Position numbers and translations under genes: made by a program. This document shows positions 37,236-46,794 of a stretch of DNA of 64,000 nucleotides, one piece after another; position 1 is the stretch's first letter; every line of letters begins with the position of its first letter. This DNA is from Nitrospirota bacterium (GTDB taxonomy: Bacteria > Nitrospirota > JACRHJ01): contig JAJYHX010000004.1 of assembly GCA_021784575.1 (NCBI GenBank), positions 68,350 to 132,349 of the forward strand. Direction: 5' to 3'. A model generated the notes under the pieces. That model worked only from the letters and a program-made list of their open reading frames with translations. It searched no databases and was not told the DNA's origin.

Positions 37236-37970
37236 TTACCGGCCTGCCCAGGGGCGCTTGCCTTCGATTGTGCCGCGCTCGATGAACTCGGTTATACGCT
37301 CGGCTATCTCCTCCGGCTCGTCGAGGAACGTAATAAGCTCCAAGTCGCCGGGGCTTATGGTAGCCTCGCGGAGCAGGTTGTCCGAGAGCCAGCTCCAAAG
37401 CCCGGACCAGAACTTCCTGTCCACCATGATTACCGGGAACGGGCGTATTTTCATGGTCTGGATGAGCGTCAGGGCCTCGAAGCACTCGTCCATCGTGCCG
37501 AAGCCGCCGGGGAAGATGATAAAACCGAAGGAGTATTTCACGAGCATGACCTTGCGGATGAAGAAGTGCCGAAACTGCACGGCCTTTGTGAGATAGGGGT
37601 TATGCTCCTGTTCGAGCGGAAGCTCGATATTCAACCCGATGGACTTGCCGCCGCTCTCGAACGCGCCCCTGTTCGCCGCTTCCATGATGCCGGGGCCGCC
37701 GCCGGTGATAACGGTGATGCCCTTTTCCGCCATTATCTTGCCCAGGCGGCGGGCGGTCTGGTAGCGCAGGTCGGTTGACTTGGAGCGGGCGGAGCCGAAG
37801 ACCGTTACCGCCGGCCCGACTCCGTGCATCTGCTCGAAGCCCTCCACAAACTCGGACATTATCCTGAACATCCGCCATGTGTCGCCGACCTTAAGCTCGT
37901 CTACGAGGAACTGCTCTTTTGTCAGGAAATCGCTGTTATTTTTTTCGTACGGAGGCCTTTTAGGTTCCAT
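37236..37970 (-). CDS. LOG family protein (TIGR00730, nucleotide phosphoribohydrolase)
   Basis: VFGSAR, TGGGPGIMEAAN, PGGFGTMDE. Confidence 0.92.
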   Translation of the reverse strand: MEPKRPPYEKNNSDFLTKEQFLVDELKVGDTWRMFRIMSEFVEGFEQMHGVGPAVTVFGSARSKSTDLRYQTARRLGKIMAEKGITVITGGGPGIMEAANRGAFESGGKSIGLNIELPLEQEHNPYLTKAVQFRHFFIRKVMLVKYSFGFIIFPGGFGTMDECFEALTLIQTMKIRPFPVIMVDRKFWSGLWSWLSDNLLREATISPGDLELITFLDEPEEIAERITEFIERGTIEGKRPWAGR

Positions 37971-38043
37971 AAAACCTCTTCTCGGAAAATTTCTGTTACT
38001 TTTCTTCCGGCAAACTTTCGGGGGAATTCGGCGGTTAAAGGTT

Positions 38044-38457
38044 TTATTTTACTACCAAAAGCTCCACCTCGAACTTCAAGGTCGCGTTCGGAGGAATCGG
38101 CCCGCCCGGCGTCCCTTGCGCGCCGTAACCCAGGCTCGGCGGGATTATAAGAATCCGGGTTCCCCCGACCTTCATTCCGGCGACGCCCTCGTCCCAGCCC
38201 GGTATTACCTGGCCCGCGCCGAGCTGGAAGGTGAAAGGCTCGTTCCTGTCCTTGCTCGAATCGAACTTCTTCCCGTTCATCAGCCACCCGGTATAGTTGA
38301 CCGTGACCGTCTCACCGGCCTTCGCAACCGCGCCCGTGCCCACCTTTACGTCATTGATAATCAGCCCGTCATTCATCTTCCTCTCCTTTGCGCATGCCGT
38401 CATAGGAATCACCACGACCAGCATGGCCGCGGCCAGAACCAGCAAAAGCTTTTTCAT
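38044..38457 (-). CDS. FKBP-type peptidyl-prolyl isomerase
   Basis: VNYTGWL, FDSS, VIPGWDEG, IPPSLGYG, IPPNATL. Confidence 0.95.
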   Translation of the reverse strand: MKKLLLVLAAAMLVVVIPMTACAKERKMNDGLIINDVKVGTGAVAKAGETVTVNYTGWLMNGKKFDSSKDRNEPFTFQLGAGQVIPGWDEGVAGMKVGGTRILIIPPSLGYGAQGTPGGPIPPNATLKFEVELLVVK

Positions 38458-38539
38458 TCCCGTCTCCTCCCGGCTAAAGTGTTATTGGCGGCTCCAAGGT
38501 TTCAGTTTAGTTAATTCCCGGCGGCAAGTCAATTAATTC

Positions 38540-38587
38540 TTGACATGAAAGGCCCATAGGTGCTACGTTTTTTAAAAAACGTATCAC
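38540..38587 (+). promoter_or_regulatory. Promoter with NikR-type operator
   Basis: TTGACA at 38540; near-perfect 28-bp palindrome GTGCTACGTTTTTTAAAAAACGTATCAC (38560-38587), 6-16-6 geometry. Confidence 0.7.
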
Positions 38588-38609
38588 GGGATTTACAGGG
38601 ACAAGAAAA

Positions 38610-40466
38610 ATGCACATACCGGACGGGTATTTATCTCCCCAGACATTCGCGCCGATGTATGCGGTATCGGCGGGTTTCTGGGCCGTCGGCCTTAAGAAGC
38701 TAAGGCGCGAGCTTACCGTCAGGCAGGTGCCGTATCTTTCCATGGCCGCCGCGTTCTCCTTCCTCATAATGATGTTCAACATACCCATCCCCGGCGGCAC
38801 CTCCGGACACGCCGTCGGAGGCGGGATTATCGCCATACTCCTCGGGCCGTGGACTGCCGTGATAGCCGTGTCCGTCGTCCTGATGATACAGGCGCTTGTC
38901 TTCGGAGACGGCGGGATAACCTCCTACGGCGCAAACTGCTTCAACATGGCCATCGTCGCCCCGTTTGTTACGTGGTTCATATTCCGGGCCGTGGCCGGAG
39001 ACAAAAAGAAAGGCTTAAGGCCTCTGGCCGGGGCGTTTCTGTCCGGCTGGCTTGGGCTTTCAGCCGCCGCGGCCTGCGCCGGGGTGGAGTTCGGCATACA
39101 GCCGCTTATCGCGCACGGGCCGGGCGGCGCGCCGCTCTACGCCCCGTACCCGCTCTCCATTGCCCTGCCCGCGATGTTCCTGGGGCACTTCCTTGTCTTC
39201 GGCCCTTTTGAGGGCGTCGTAACGATGCTCCTTGTCAAATATTTTTATTCCACGGACGCCGAATTTGCGGCCGGAGCGCATACTGCGGGCAAAAGGCGCT
39301 GGAAGCTCTGGCTTGCGCTTGCCGCAATCGCGGCGCTTACCCCGCTCGGTATTATAATCCCGGCGAAATTTGGCGGCGGCAGCGCATGGGGCGAGTGGGG
39401 GGCGAATACGCTTAAGAAAGTGCTTGGCTATGTCCCCGCGGGGTTCCGGGGGCTTCATAATCTTTGGAACCCGCCGATGCCGAATTACGGCGCGGGTGCG
39501 GCCTCGTCCGGAGCGGGCGGGTATCTCGCGTCCGGGTTTACCGGCGCGGTCCTGGCCGTGGGACTGATATACCTGCTCTCAAGGTTCCTGAAAAAGGGGC
39601 GGCATAAGACCTCCCGGCTCTCATATCTCGACAAGGGCCTCTCGCACATAGCGAAGCTGACAAAGAGCTCCTATGTGCAGTGGGAGCTCTCGTCCCGGAA
39701 GGGTTTCCTCCAGGAGCTCGACGCGCGGGTAAAGGTGGTTTTTACTCTTCTGATGCTTGCCGCCGTAAATATCCGGAAAGACCTGCCGACGGAGCTGGTT
39801 ATAGCCGGCTTCGTCTTTGTCCTCGCGCTGGCGTCGAGGGCAGGCCTTAAGCTCATATACGGGAGGGTCGCGTTCATCGGGTTCTTCTTCGGCTTCCTCG
39901 TCGCCATGCCGTCCGCGCTGAATATAATCACGCCCGGAAGGCCGATATTCACGCTCGTCACCCTTCACGAGGCGCACACGTTCTGGTCATACAGGATACC
40001 GAAGGAAATCGGGATTACGTCCGGCGGACTTTTCGGCGTGGCGATGCTCACGATGCGCGTGGCAAACTCCGTGTCGCTTGCCATGCTCGTCCTTTTCACG
40101 ACGCCCTTCACGGAGATTATGCGCGCGCTGAAGGCCTTCCGAGTGCCGGACTCCGTCCTCGCGGTCGTGAACCTCACCTATAAATATATTTTTATATTCG
40201 CCAAGACGGTGGAGGACATGCACCTGGCGAAGATAAGCAGGACGGCGGGCGCGGTTAACGGCTCCGAGGCCAGGCGCTGGGCCGCGGGCAGGATGGGTAT
40301 AATTTTCAAGAAGACCCAAGTCCGGTGCGACGAGATATTCAAGGCCATGCTCTCGAGGGGCTTTACGGGCGAGATTAAACTCCGCGGGCAGGGAGCCATG
40401 AGAAAGTCCGACTGGCTTGCGCTCTTCGCGGCATGCGCGGCGGGAATAACGCTGATATTCGTTTGA
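38610..40466 (+). CDS. Fused Ni/Co ECF transporter NikM/CbiM + N (PDGLE-like) + Q
   Basis: MHIPDGYL N-terminus, GHAVGG, DGGIT; AWGEWG...PMPNY; LDARVK...LRALK.FRVP...AMLSRGF in one frame. Confidence 0.85.
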   Translation: MHIPDGYLSPQTFAPMYAVSAGFWAVGLKKLRRELTVRQVPYLSMAAAFSFLIMMFNIPIPGGTSGHAVGGGIIAILLGPWTAVIAVSVVLMIQALVFGDGGITSYGANCFNMAIVAPFVTWFIFRAVAGDKKKGLRPLAGAFLSGWLGLSAAAACAGVEFGIQPLIAHGPGGAPLYAPYPLSIALPAMFLGHFLVFGPFEGVVTMLLVKYFYSTDAEFAAGAHTAGKRRWKLWLALAAIAALTPLGIIIPAKFGGGSAWGEWGANTLKKVLGYVPAGFRGLHNLWNPPMPNYGAGAASSGAGGYLASGFTGAVLAVGLIYLLSRFLKKGRHKTSRLSYLDKGLSHIAKLTKSSYVQWELSSRKGFLQELDARVKVVFTLLMLAAVNIRKDLPTELVIAGFVFVLALASRAGLKLIYGRVAFIGFFFGFLVAMPSALNIITPGRPIFTLVTLHEAHTFWSYRIPKEIGITSGGLFGVAMLTMRVANSVSLAMLVLFTTPFTEIMRALKAFRVPDSVLAVVNLTYKYIFIFAKTVEDMHLAKISRTAGAVNGSEARRWAAGRMGIIFKKTQVRCDEIFKAMLSRGFTGEIKLRGQGAMRKSDWLALFAACAAGITLIFV

Positions 40467-40473
40467 GGCATAA

Positions 40474-41283
40474 ATGGAAATCGCAGTCAGGATGGAGAAC
40501 GTCTCATACAGCTACTACGGCAGGATAAACGCCCTGTCCGGCGTAAACATGGAAATCGGGCGCGGAGAGCGGCTCGCGGTAATAGGCTCCAACGGGAGCG
40601 GAAAGTCCACGCTCCTCCAGGTCATGGACGGCCTGATAAGACCGGATTCGGGGAAGCTTTTCTACATGGGCCGCGAGGTCAGCCACGAGGCATTGAAGGA
40701 GCGCGAATTCCAGAGGTTCTTCCGGGGCGGGATGGGATATGTATTCCAGGATTCGGACGTCCAGCTCTTCTGCCCGACTGTGCTCGACGAGATGGTATTC
40801 GGCCCTATGCAGCTTGGGCTCTCCGAGGAAGAGTCGCTCGGCAGGGCGCGCGGCGTCATGGCCGAGCTCGGCATCGAGGGGCTGAAAGACCGTCCGTCCT
40901 ACATGCTCTCCGGCGGAGAGAAGAAGCGCGTCGCAATCGGCTCCGTGCTTGTGATGGAGCCTGAGGCGCTGCTCCTGGACGAGCCGACGAACGGGCTTGA
41001 CCCGAAGTCCCAGATGTTCCTGATAGAGCTTATGTTCAGGCTGAACGAGAAGGGCAAGACCATCGTCGTGGCGACGCACGACTTAGCCCTCGTGGACGAG
41101 CTGAACGGGACCGTCGCCGTGCTCTCCGAGGAGCATAAAATAGAGAAAATCGGCCCGGCGGACACTGTGCTCTCGGACCAGGAACTCCTGCTTAAGGTAA
41201 ACCTCGTGCATGAGCATGTCCATGCGCACGGCGAAACCATGCACCGGCACCTGCATTCCCACTATCAGTTCCACAAACATTAA
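40474..41283 (+). CDS. Ni/Co ECF transporter ATPase (NikO/CbiO) with His-rich tail
   Basis: GSNGSGKST, LSGGEKKR, DEPT, C-terminal HEHVHAHGETMHRHLHSH. Confidence 0.92.
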   Translation: MEIAVRMENVSYSYYGRINALSGVNMEIGRGERLAVIGSNGSGKSTLLQVMDGLIRPDSGKLFYMGREVSHEALKEREFQRFFRGGMGYVFQDSDVQLFCPTVLDEMVFGPMQLGLSEEESLGRARGVMAELGIEGLKDRPSYMLSGGEKKRVAIGSVLVMEPEALLLDEPTNGLDPKSQMFLIELMFRLNEKGKTIVVATHDLALVDELNGTVAVLSEEHKIEKIGPADTVLSDQELLLKVNLVHEHVHAHGETMHRHLHSHYQFHKH

Positions 41284-41350
41284 GCGGTTTAAAAAATCCG
41301 CTTCCGGTGGTATCATATTTCCGGAGCGAGGTATATAAAAAGGAGGCAAA

Positions 41351-42472
41351 GTGTCAAAGGTATATTTCACCACCGCGCGGGGCACGCGCTGGGACTACCG
41401 CATGAGCGTCCTTGGGCGCTTCGAGAGGATGCTGTCCGAGTGCGGGCTTATGAACTTCGAGAAGGGCGAGTGCGTGGCCGTCAAGACCCATTTCGGCTCC
41501 GAAGGCGCGCACAGAATCGTCAGGCCGTCATTTCTGCGGAAGGTAACGGACGCCGTGAAGAGGGCGGGCGGAAAACCTTTCGTCACCGACTCCGTGCGGA
41601 TAATGGGAGTCGATTACCTTGAAGTGGCCAATCAGAACGGCATAAACCATCTCTCCGTCGGCGCGCCGGTGATACTCGCGGACGGCCCGTTCGGGAAGGA
41701 CAGCCTAATCGTGCCCGCGCCCGGAGAAGTTTTAGGCGAGATCGCCGTGGCGTCGGCCATACACGACTCTCCCGCGATGGTCGTCTGTTCGCACATCAAG
41801 GGGCATATACAGGCGGGATACGCCGGGGCGATAAAGAACCTGGCGATGGGCGGGGTCTCGGCGGCGCACAGGGAAGGCGGCTGGAAGAAGGGCCGCGGGC
41901 ATATGCACGCCCACGGCGAGGTGCCTCTTTCGTGGGACGCGGAGGCCTGCGAGTATTGCCGGCAGTGCGAGAACGTCTGCCCGAAAGGGGCCTTGAAATT
42001 CGTCGATGAAAAGCTTGAGCAGGACAAGTCCGAATGCTGGTTCTGCGGCAGGTGCGTCCGCGTATGTCCTTCCGGCGCGCTGACCTTGCCGATGGACAAC
42101 GACACCTTCCAGAAATCTCTCGCCGAAAGCGCGGGGGCCGTGCTCTCGACATTCAAGCCGGGCAAGGTAATCTACGTCAACTTCATGTTCGAGATACAGC
42201 CGGAGTGCGACTGTATGCCGTCATGCGATACGCCCATGCTCCAGGACCAGGGGATACTGGTATCGGACGACCCCGTGGCCGTCGAGCAGGCGACGGTAGA
42301 TATTCTGAGGAAGGCAGGCCCGCTGCCGGGTTCCGCCGCCGAGGAGCGGGAATGCAGGCCCGGCGACGACGTGCTTTCGATGGTGAACCCCAGGAACTAC
42401 ATGCTGTGCATCGAGCACGCGGAGAGGCTTGGACTGGGGAGCCGTGAATACGAGATGGCTGAGATAAGTTAG
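41351..42472 (+). CDS. DUF362 Fe-S protein with 2x[4Fe-4S] ferredoxin domain
   Basis: VAVKTHFG, SHIKGH, GAIKNLAMG, two CxxCxxCxxxCP, ECDC. Confidence 0.88.
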   Translation: MSKVYFTTARGTRWDYRMSVLGRFERMLSECGLMNFEKGECVAVKTHFGSEGAHRIVRPSFLRKVTDAVKRAGGKPFVTDSVRIMGVDYLEVANQNGINHLSVGAPVILADGPFGKDSLIVPAPGEVLGEIAVASAIHDSPAMVVCSHIKGHIQAGYAGAIKNLAMGGVSAAHREGGWKKGRGHMHAHGEVPLSWDAEACEYCRQCENVCPKGALKFVDEKLEQDKSECWFCGRCVRVCPSGALTLPMDNDTFQKSLAESAGAVLSTFKPGKVIYVNFMFEIQPECDCMPSCDTPMLQDQGILVSDDPVAVEQATVDILRKAGPLPGSAAEERECRPGDDVLSMVNPRNYMLCIEHAERLGLGSREYEMAEIS

Positions 42473-42473
42473 C

Positions 42474-42875
42474 CTATGCCCCCTTTACCGTCCGTAGCAT
42501 GTTGTAGACGAAAAGGGTTATAGAGATATACATCAGCGTGCCGAAGGCAAGCAGTATCCCGTTTCCGGCCGGCACGGCAAAGCTGCGGAGGAGCCACCCC
42601 GCCGTCATCCCCGCCATACCCGCCGACGCGAGCCAGAACTGGACGGTCATCATCTTCCTGCTGAATACGGGCCGGCCCGAGAACCGGGGCAGGATGTGAT
42701 AGCCCACGCCGAAAATCATCATGGACATCCAGCCGATGAGGTTCATGTGCACGTGCAGGGCGATTCTGTCCTGGCTCGCCGCGTCCGGAACAAAGAGGAA
42801 TACCAGCCCAAGGAGCGTGCCAAGCAGGAAATAGATTATACTCTGGCGTATAAACCACACGACTTCCCTGTCCAT
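42474..42875 (-). CDS. Small 4-TM membrane protein resembling one repeat of the heme-copper oxidase/NnrS fold
   Basis: HVHMNLIGW, GYHILPRF; GGAGG RBS before ATG 42875. Confidence 0.6.
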   Translation of the reverse strand: MDREVVWFIRQSIIYFLLGTLLGLVFLFVPDAASQDRIALHVHMNLIGWMSMMIFGVGYHILPRFSGRPVFSRKMMTVQFWLASAGMAGMTAGWLLRSFAVPAGNGILLAFGTLMYISITLFVYNMLRTVKGA

Positions 42876-42949
42876 TTTGAACCTCCGCAGAAATGGGATA
42901 CGGCGCCAATGCGGAAACCGCATCGGGCAAGCCCGATGCAGTTTCGGCC

Positions 42950-43087
42950 TCAATGCGCCCCGTGGATGAACATCGGCAGGCACCTCGCGCACACCCAGAC
43001 GGCCTTCCCGTCCTGCTCGCACGAAATCAGAAGCCTCTCGCTGCTGTCCGTCCCGCAGCTTATGCAGACGTGCTTTGCATCGGCCAT
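42950..43087 (-). CDS. 45-aa CxxC...CxxC zinc-ribbon-like protein
   Basis: MADAKHVCISCG...WVCARCLPMFIHGAH; GGAGGT RBS. Confidence 0.65.
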   Translation of the reverse strand: MADAKHVCISCGTDSSERLLISCEQDGKAVWVCARCLPMFIHGAH

Positions 43088-43154
43088 GACAACCTCCGTT
43101 TGTTGTTGATGTATGAAGCTTACCATTTTCCCTGACGCGCGACCATGATATTTG

Positions 43155-43451
43155 TCAGCGTCCGGAGGCGAGTTCTTCGAGGGCGGCAACGCCCAAGCCC
43201 TCCGCCAGGATTGTCTTGGAGCGGGATGACCGGCCCCGGATGATGGATATTTTCGTCTTCGGGATATTCAGCTTCTCGGAGAGGAACCTGAGAAGCATCT
43301 CGTTTGCGGCGTCTTCTACCGGGGGCGCCGTCAGCTTTATCTTCAGCATACCCCCCGACACCCCCGCGACAAGGTTTTTCGACGAGCGGGGCAGCACCCG
43401 CACCTGAAAGATTATCCCGCCGCGCTCCTCGCGGACATTGAGCGAAGACAC
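43155..43451 (-). CDS. yggU: DUF167/YggU family protein
   Basis: VRVLPRSS, APPVEDAAN, GRSSRSK. Confidence 0.88.
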   Translation of the reverse strand: MSSLNVREERGGIIFQVRVLPRSSKNLVAGVSGGMLKIKLTAPPVEDAANEMLLRFLSEKLNIPKTKISIIRGRSSRSKTILAEGLGVAALEELASGR

Positions 43452-43461
43452 GGCCCCACGC

Positions 43462-43923
43462 CTACCGCAGGCCTTCCTGCTTATCTTCGTAGTTCAGCAT
43501 CTTCAGGTGGTCTTCTATGACGCCTTTTATCTTCAGGGTAAAGCGCTCCTTGACGCGGTTCAGCTCGGTTATTTCCTGCTCTACCTTTGCAAGCTCCTGA
43601 CGGGATTTCCGCATCATCTCCTCCGCATCCATCTCCGCCTGCTTCAGCCTGAGCGCCGTTTCCTTCTCGGCGGAAATACGCATCTCCTCCGACATCTTCT
43701 GCGCCGATACCAGGGTATCCCGGAGGTTCTTCTCGGTTTCCTTGAACTCCGCAAGCGACGTCTGCATCGCCTTATTCTCTTCCCGGAGCTGGTCGTTCTC
43801 GCGCATCAGCGCCTCCATCTCGGAGGTGACTTCTTCGAGGAATGAGTCCACCTCGTTCATGTCGAAGCCGCGGAACTTGAGGGAAAACTGCTTCTGCTTG
43901 ATGTCGAGGGGCGTTATGTTCAT
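43462..43923 (-). CDS. divIVA: DivIVA domain protein
   Basis: ITPLDIKQKQF...RGFDMNEVDSFL plus coiled coil. Confidence 0.92.
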   Translation of the reverse strand: MNITPLDIKQKQFSLKFRGFDMNEVDSFLEEVTSEMEALMRENDQLREENKAMQTSLAEFKETEKNLRDTLVSAQKMSEEMRISAEKETALRLKQAEMDAEEMMRKSRQELAKVEQEITELNRVKERFTLKIKGVIEDHLKMLNYEDKQEGLR

Positions 43924-43933
43924 AGTTCCTCCG

Positions 43934-44227
43934 TCAGTGCATTCTTGCGGCAAGGTCGTTAAGAGAGGCTATCAGGAAATATTTGATAAACAGAATTACC
44001 ACAATCACGATAAGCGGCGAGAAGTCTATGCCGGTCATCGGGAGCTTCCTGCGGATGGGCCTGAGGACCGGCTCCGTCGCGGCGTAAAGGAACCGGACTA
44101 TCGGGTTGTACGGGTCCGGGTTCACCCAGGAGATGAGCGCGGCGATGATAACTACGTACATGTAGAAGGTAAGGATAATATCCAATACCAACGCGACCGC
44201 GTGAAGGAAATTGCCGATAATAAACAT
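43934..44227 (-). CDS. yggT: YggT family membrane protein
   Basis: ISWVNPDPYNP, TEPVLRPIR, IDFSP. Confidence 0.93.
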   Translation of the reverse strand: MFIIGNFLHAVALVLDIILTFYMYVVIIAALISWVNPDPYNPIVRFLYAATEPVLRPIRRKLPMTGIDFSPLIVIVVILFIKYFLIASLNDLAARMH

Positions 44228-44229
44228 TG

Positions 44230-45042
44230 TTATTTCCCCAGTTCCTGCGAGCGTTTCGTCGCCGCCTCGACAGCCGCGTAGAGCGCCGCCCGGAGGCCCT
44301 TTTCCTCAAGCGCCTGCAACCCCGCGATGGTCGTCCCGCCGGGAGACGTTACCATGTCCTTGAGCTTCGATAGCGGCTCTTTTGTCTGCATCGCCATGAC
44401 GGCCGCTCCGGCGAGCGTCTGGGCGGCGAGGGCGAAGGAGTGCTCCCTGGAAAGCCCCATACGCACACCGGCGTCGGAGAGCGCTTCGAGCATCACGAAA
44501 ACATACGCAGGCCCGCTTCCCGAAAGCCCCGTCACCGCGTCCATTAGTTTTTCGTCCGCGACGGTCACGACCGTCTTGCATATGCCGGACAGAAGCTCCG
44601 CCGCGATCTCCATATCCCCCGGCCTTGCGTTCGGCCCGGCAAACACCGCCGCCGCGCCCTCCTGCACCAGCGCGGGCGTATTCGGCATAACCCTTATCAC
44701 CCGGGCCTTCCTGCCCAGGGCCTTCTCTATCTTTGCGACGCTCACACCCGCCGCTATGGAAATTACAATCTGTTTCGAGGTACAGGCCCCGGATATTTCG
44801 GATAATACGCTCTCCGCATCCTTGGGCTTTACGGCCAGGATTATCACGTCCCTGCCCTTCGCCGCATTTAAATTATCCTCTGCCGCGCCCACCTCGTAAT
44901 ATTTCTTCATGTGCAGGAGCCGGTTGGGAGACGCGTCCGAGACGGTAATGTCTCTCTTTGGCACAATACCGGACGCAACGAGGCCCTTTACCATCGCCTC
45001 CGCCATGTTACCCGCGCCTATGAATGCGATTTTCCTGTTCAT
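44230..45042 (-). CDS. proC: Pyrroline-5-carboxylate reductase
   Basis: IGAGNMA, RVMPNTP, LSGSGPAY, VTSPGGTT. Confidence 0.96.
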   Translation of the reverse strand: MNRKIAFIGAGNMAEAMVKGLVASGIVPKRDITVSDASPNRLLHMKKYYEVGAAEDNLNAAKGRDVIILAVKPKDAESVLSEISGACTSKQIVISIAAGVSVAKIEKALGRKARVIRVMPNTPALVQEGAAAVFAGPNARPGDMEIAAELLSGICKTVVTVADEKLMDAVTGLSGSGPAYVFVMLEALSDAGVRMGLSREHSFALAAQTLAGAAVMAMQTKEPLSKLKDMVTSPGGTTIAGLQALEEKGLRAALYAAVEAATKRSQELGK

Positions 45043-45050
45043 ATCTCCTT

Positions 45051-45767
45051 TCATGCCCTCGATCCGAAGATTGCCGTCCCGACGCGGACGAGTGTCGCGC
45101 CTTCCTCGACGGCGGCCTCGAAGTCCTGGGACATGCCCATCGAAAGCTCCGTCATATCGAATCCCTCTAACGCCAGTTCTGCCGCAAGGCGGTTCATCTC
45201 TTTGAAATACGGCCTGGATTTCTCCGGGTCGTTCGCTGCGGGCGGGACGCACATAAGCCCAATAATCTTCAGGTTTCCGAAGGCCGACGCCTCCTTCACA
45301 AACCCGGCCGCCTCTTCCGGACGAATACCGTGCTTGGTCTCTTCGGAGGCGATATTTATCTCAAGGAGCGCCTTCTGGATTATGCCTTTCTTTTTGGCCT
45401 GCCTGTCTATCTCGCGCGCAAGCTCAATGGATTCAAGCGAATGTATAAGATCAAATTCCCCGACCGCCTGCCGTGCCTTGTTCTTCTGAAGCGGGCCTAT
45501 CAGATGCCACACCGGCGGCGACGGCAGACCGGCTTCATGCGTGGCCGCCTTTAATCTGTCCAACTCCGGCTTCTTTGAGAGCGCCTCCTGGACGCGGTTC
45601 TCGCCCAGTATTTTCGCCCCGGCCTGCGCCGCCTCCACGACAAATTCGACCGGCACGGTCTTTGTCACGGCTACGAGCCGGACAGACGCCGGGGCCCTTC
45701 CGGCGCGCACGGCCGCGGCGTAAATCCTCGCCTCCACCGAGCGCAGCTTTTCCGCCACCAGGCTCAT
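45051..45767 (-). CDS. yggS: PLP homeostasis protein YggS
   Basis: VAVTK, GENRVQE, WHLIGPLQKNK, LSMGMSQDF, VRVGTAIFG. Confidence 0.95.
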   Translation of the reverse strand: MSLVAEKLRSVEARIYAAAVRAGRAPASVRLVAVTKTVPVEFVVEAAQAGAKILGENRVQEALSKKPELDRLKAATHEAGLPSPPVWHLIGPLQKNKARQAVGEFDLIHSLESIELAREIDRQAKKKGIIQKALLEINIASEETKHGIRPEEAAGFVKEASAFGNLKIIGLMCVPPAANDPEKSRPYFKEMNRLAAELALEGFDMTELSMGMSQDFEAAVEEGATLVRVGTAIFGSRA

Positions 45768-45798
45768 GGGCCTTTGCCTCGGAGTCCTTTCTTTCAAG

Positions 45799-46587
45799 CT
45801 AAAGAAGGACGGCCAGAGCCATCATCCTGCCCGCCCGTCCGCCGCTCTTCCTGTGGGAGTAGAACTTCTCGGGGTTACACGCGGTGCATACCCCGAATAC
45901 GTATATCCTCTCGGACCTCATGCCCGCCCTCTCAAGTATCCTGCGATTGGCCTTCCAGAGGTCCAGAAACCAATGCTCAGGACGCGAATCGGTAACAAGT
46001 TCCGCCGCGTAGTCGGGCATGTAGCGCTCAAGCGGGTCGAAGACCTTCGAGTCTATTTCATAGCAGCAAGGCCCGATGGACGGCCCGATAGACGCAAAAA
46101 GGTTTTCCGGTCTTGAGCCGAAGTGGTTTCCCATTTCAGAAACCGCCTTCCCGGCAATCCCCTTTACCGTCCCGGCCCAGCCCGCGTGCACCGCCGCAAT
46201 CGCCGCTCTTTTCGGGTCGTATAGCAGAATGGGCGCGCAGTCCGCGGTAAGCACTCCTATCGGGACCCTTCTCAGGTCCGTCATTATAGCGTCGTACCCA
46301 TTGTGCGGCCTGGCCGCGTCAGGCTCCCGCAGGACGTATATGTCGTCCCCGTGAACCTGCGTGACAGTCTTTATCCTGGCGCCCGGCATGCCGAGCGCCG
46401 AGGTTATAAGCTCCCGGTTTTTCCGGACGTTTCCCGGGTCGTCTCCGGAACCCGACCCCATATTCAGGGAATCGAACGGATGCTGGCTTACGCCGCCCCG
46501 GCGGGTGGTGAATATACCCCGCGCGCCTTCCCACCCGGAGACCTCATAAAAACCCGCGCCGTTTATTTCGTTGAATACAAATGGCAT
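45799..46587 (-). CDS. pgeF: Peptidoglycan editing factor PgeF/YfiH
   Basis: QVHG, TADC, HAGWAG, GPSIGPCCYE, SHR. Confidence 0.93.
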   Translation of the reverse strand: MPFVFNEINGAGFYEVSGWEGARGIFTTRRGGVSQHPFDSLNMGSGSGDDPGNVRKNRELITSALGMPGARIKTVTQVHGDDIYVLREPDAARPHNGYDAIMTDLRRVPIGVLTADCAPILLYDPKRAAIAAVHAGWAGTVKGIAGKAVSEMGNHFGSRPENLFASIGPSIGPCCYEIDSKVFDPLERYMPDYAAELVTDSRPEHWFLDLWKANRRILERAGMRSERIYVFGVCTACNPEKFYSHRKSGGRAGRMMALAVLL

Positions 46588-46626
46588 CGATACCCGCAAT
46601 CCGTCAAGTGCGATTAAAGCTTTGAA

Positions 46627-46656
46627 ATTTTAACACCTTGCAGGTTAGGCTGTCAA
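46627..46656 (-). promoter_or_regulatory. Sigma70-like promoter for the pgeF-yggS-proC operon
   Basis: TTGACA-18-TAAAAT on the minus strand. Confidence 0.6.
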
Positions 46657-46794
46657 CATTCCAGAATATAAGACGCCGGGTTTTCGAGAACATCAAAAAA
46701 ACCCATCCCCGTTACCGGAAATGGGTTTTATCGGCTTGTCAGGCAGACGGGCGCAATAAACTTAAGGCCCCTGCAAAATGGATGACCGGCGGAC

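Noticed and set aside
38460..38609. Cobalamin riboswitch ahead of the cbiM-like gene
   Set aside because: The gap is short, has no B12-box, and is occupied by a promoter and palindromic operator.
42914..42952. SECIS-like readthrough of the TGA ending the 45-aa protein
   Set aside because: The TGA is not at a Cys-motif position and readthrough gives no sensible domain; the hairpin is more simply a stability/termination element.
43155..46587. divIVA in a diderm as a novelty
   Set aside because: The yggS-proC-yggT-divIVA-DUF167 block is already known from deltaproteobacteria-like lineages.
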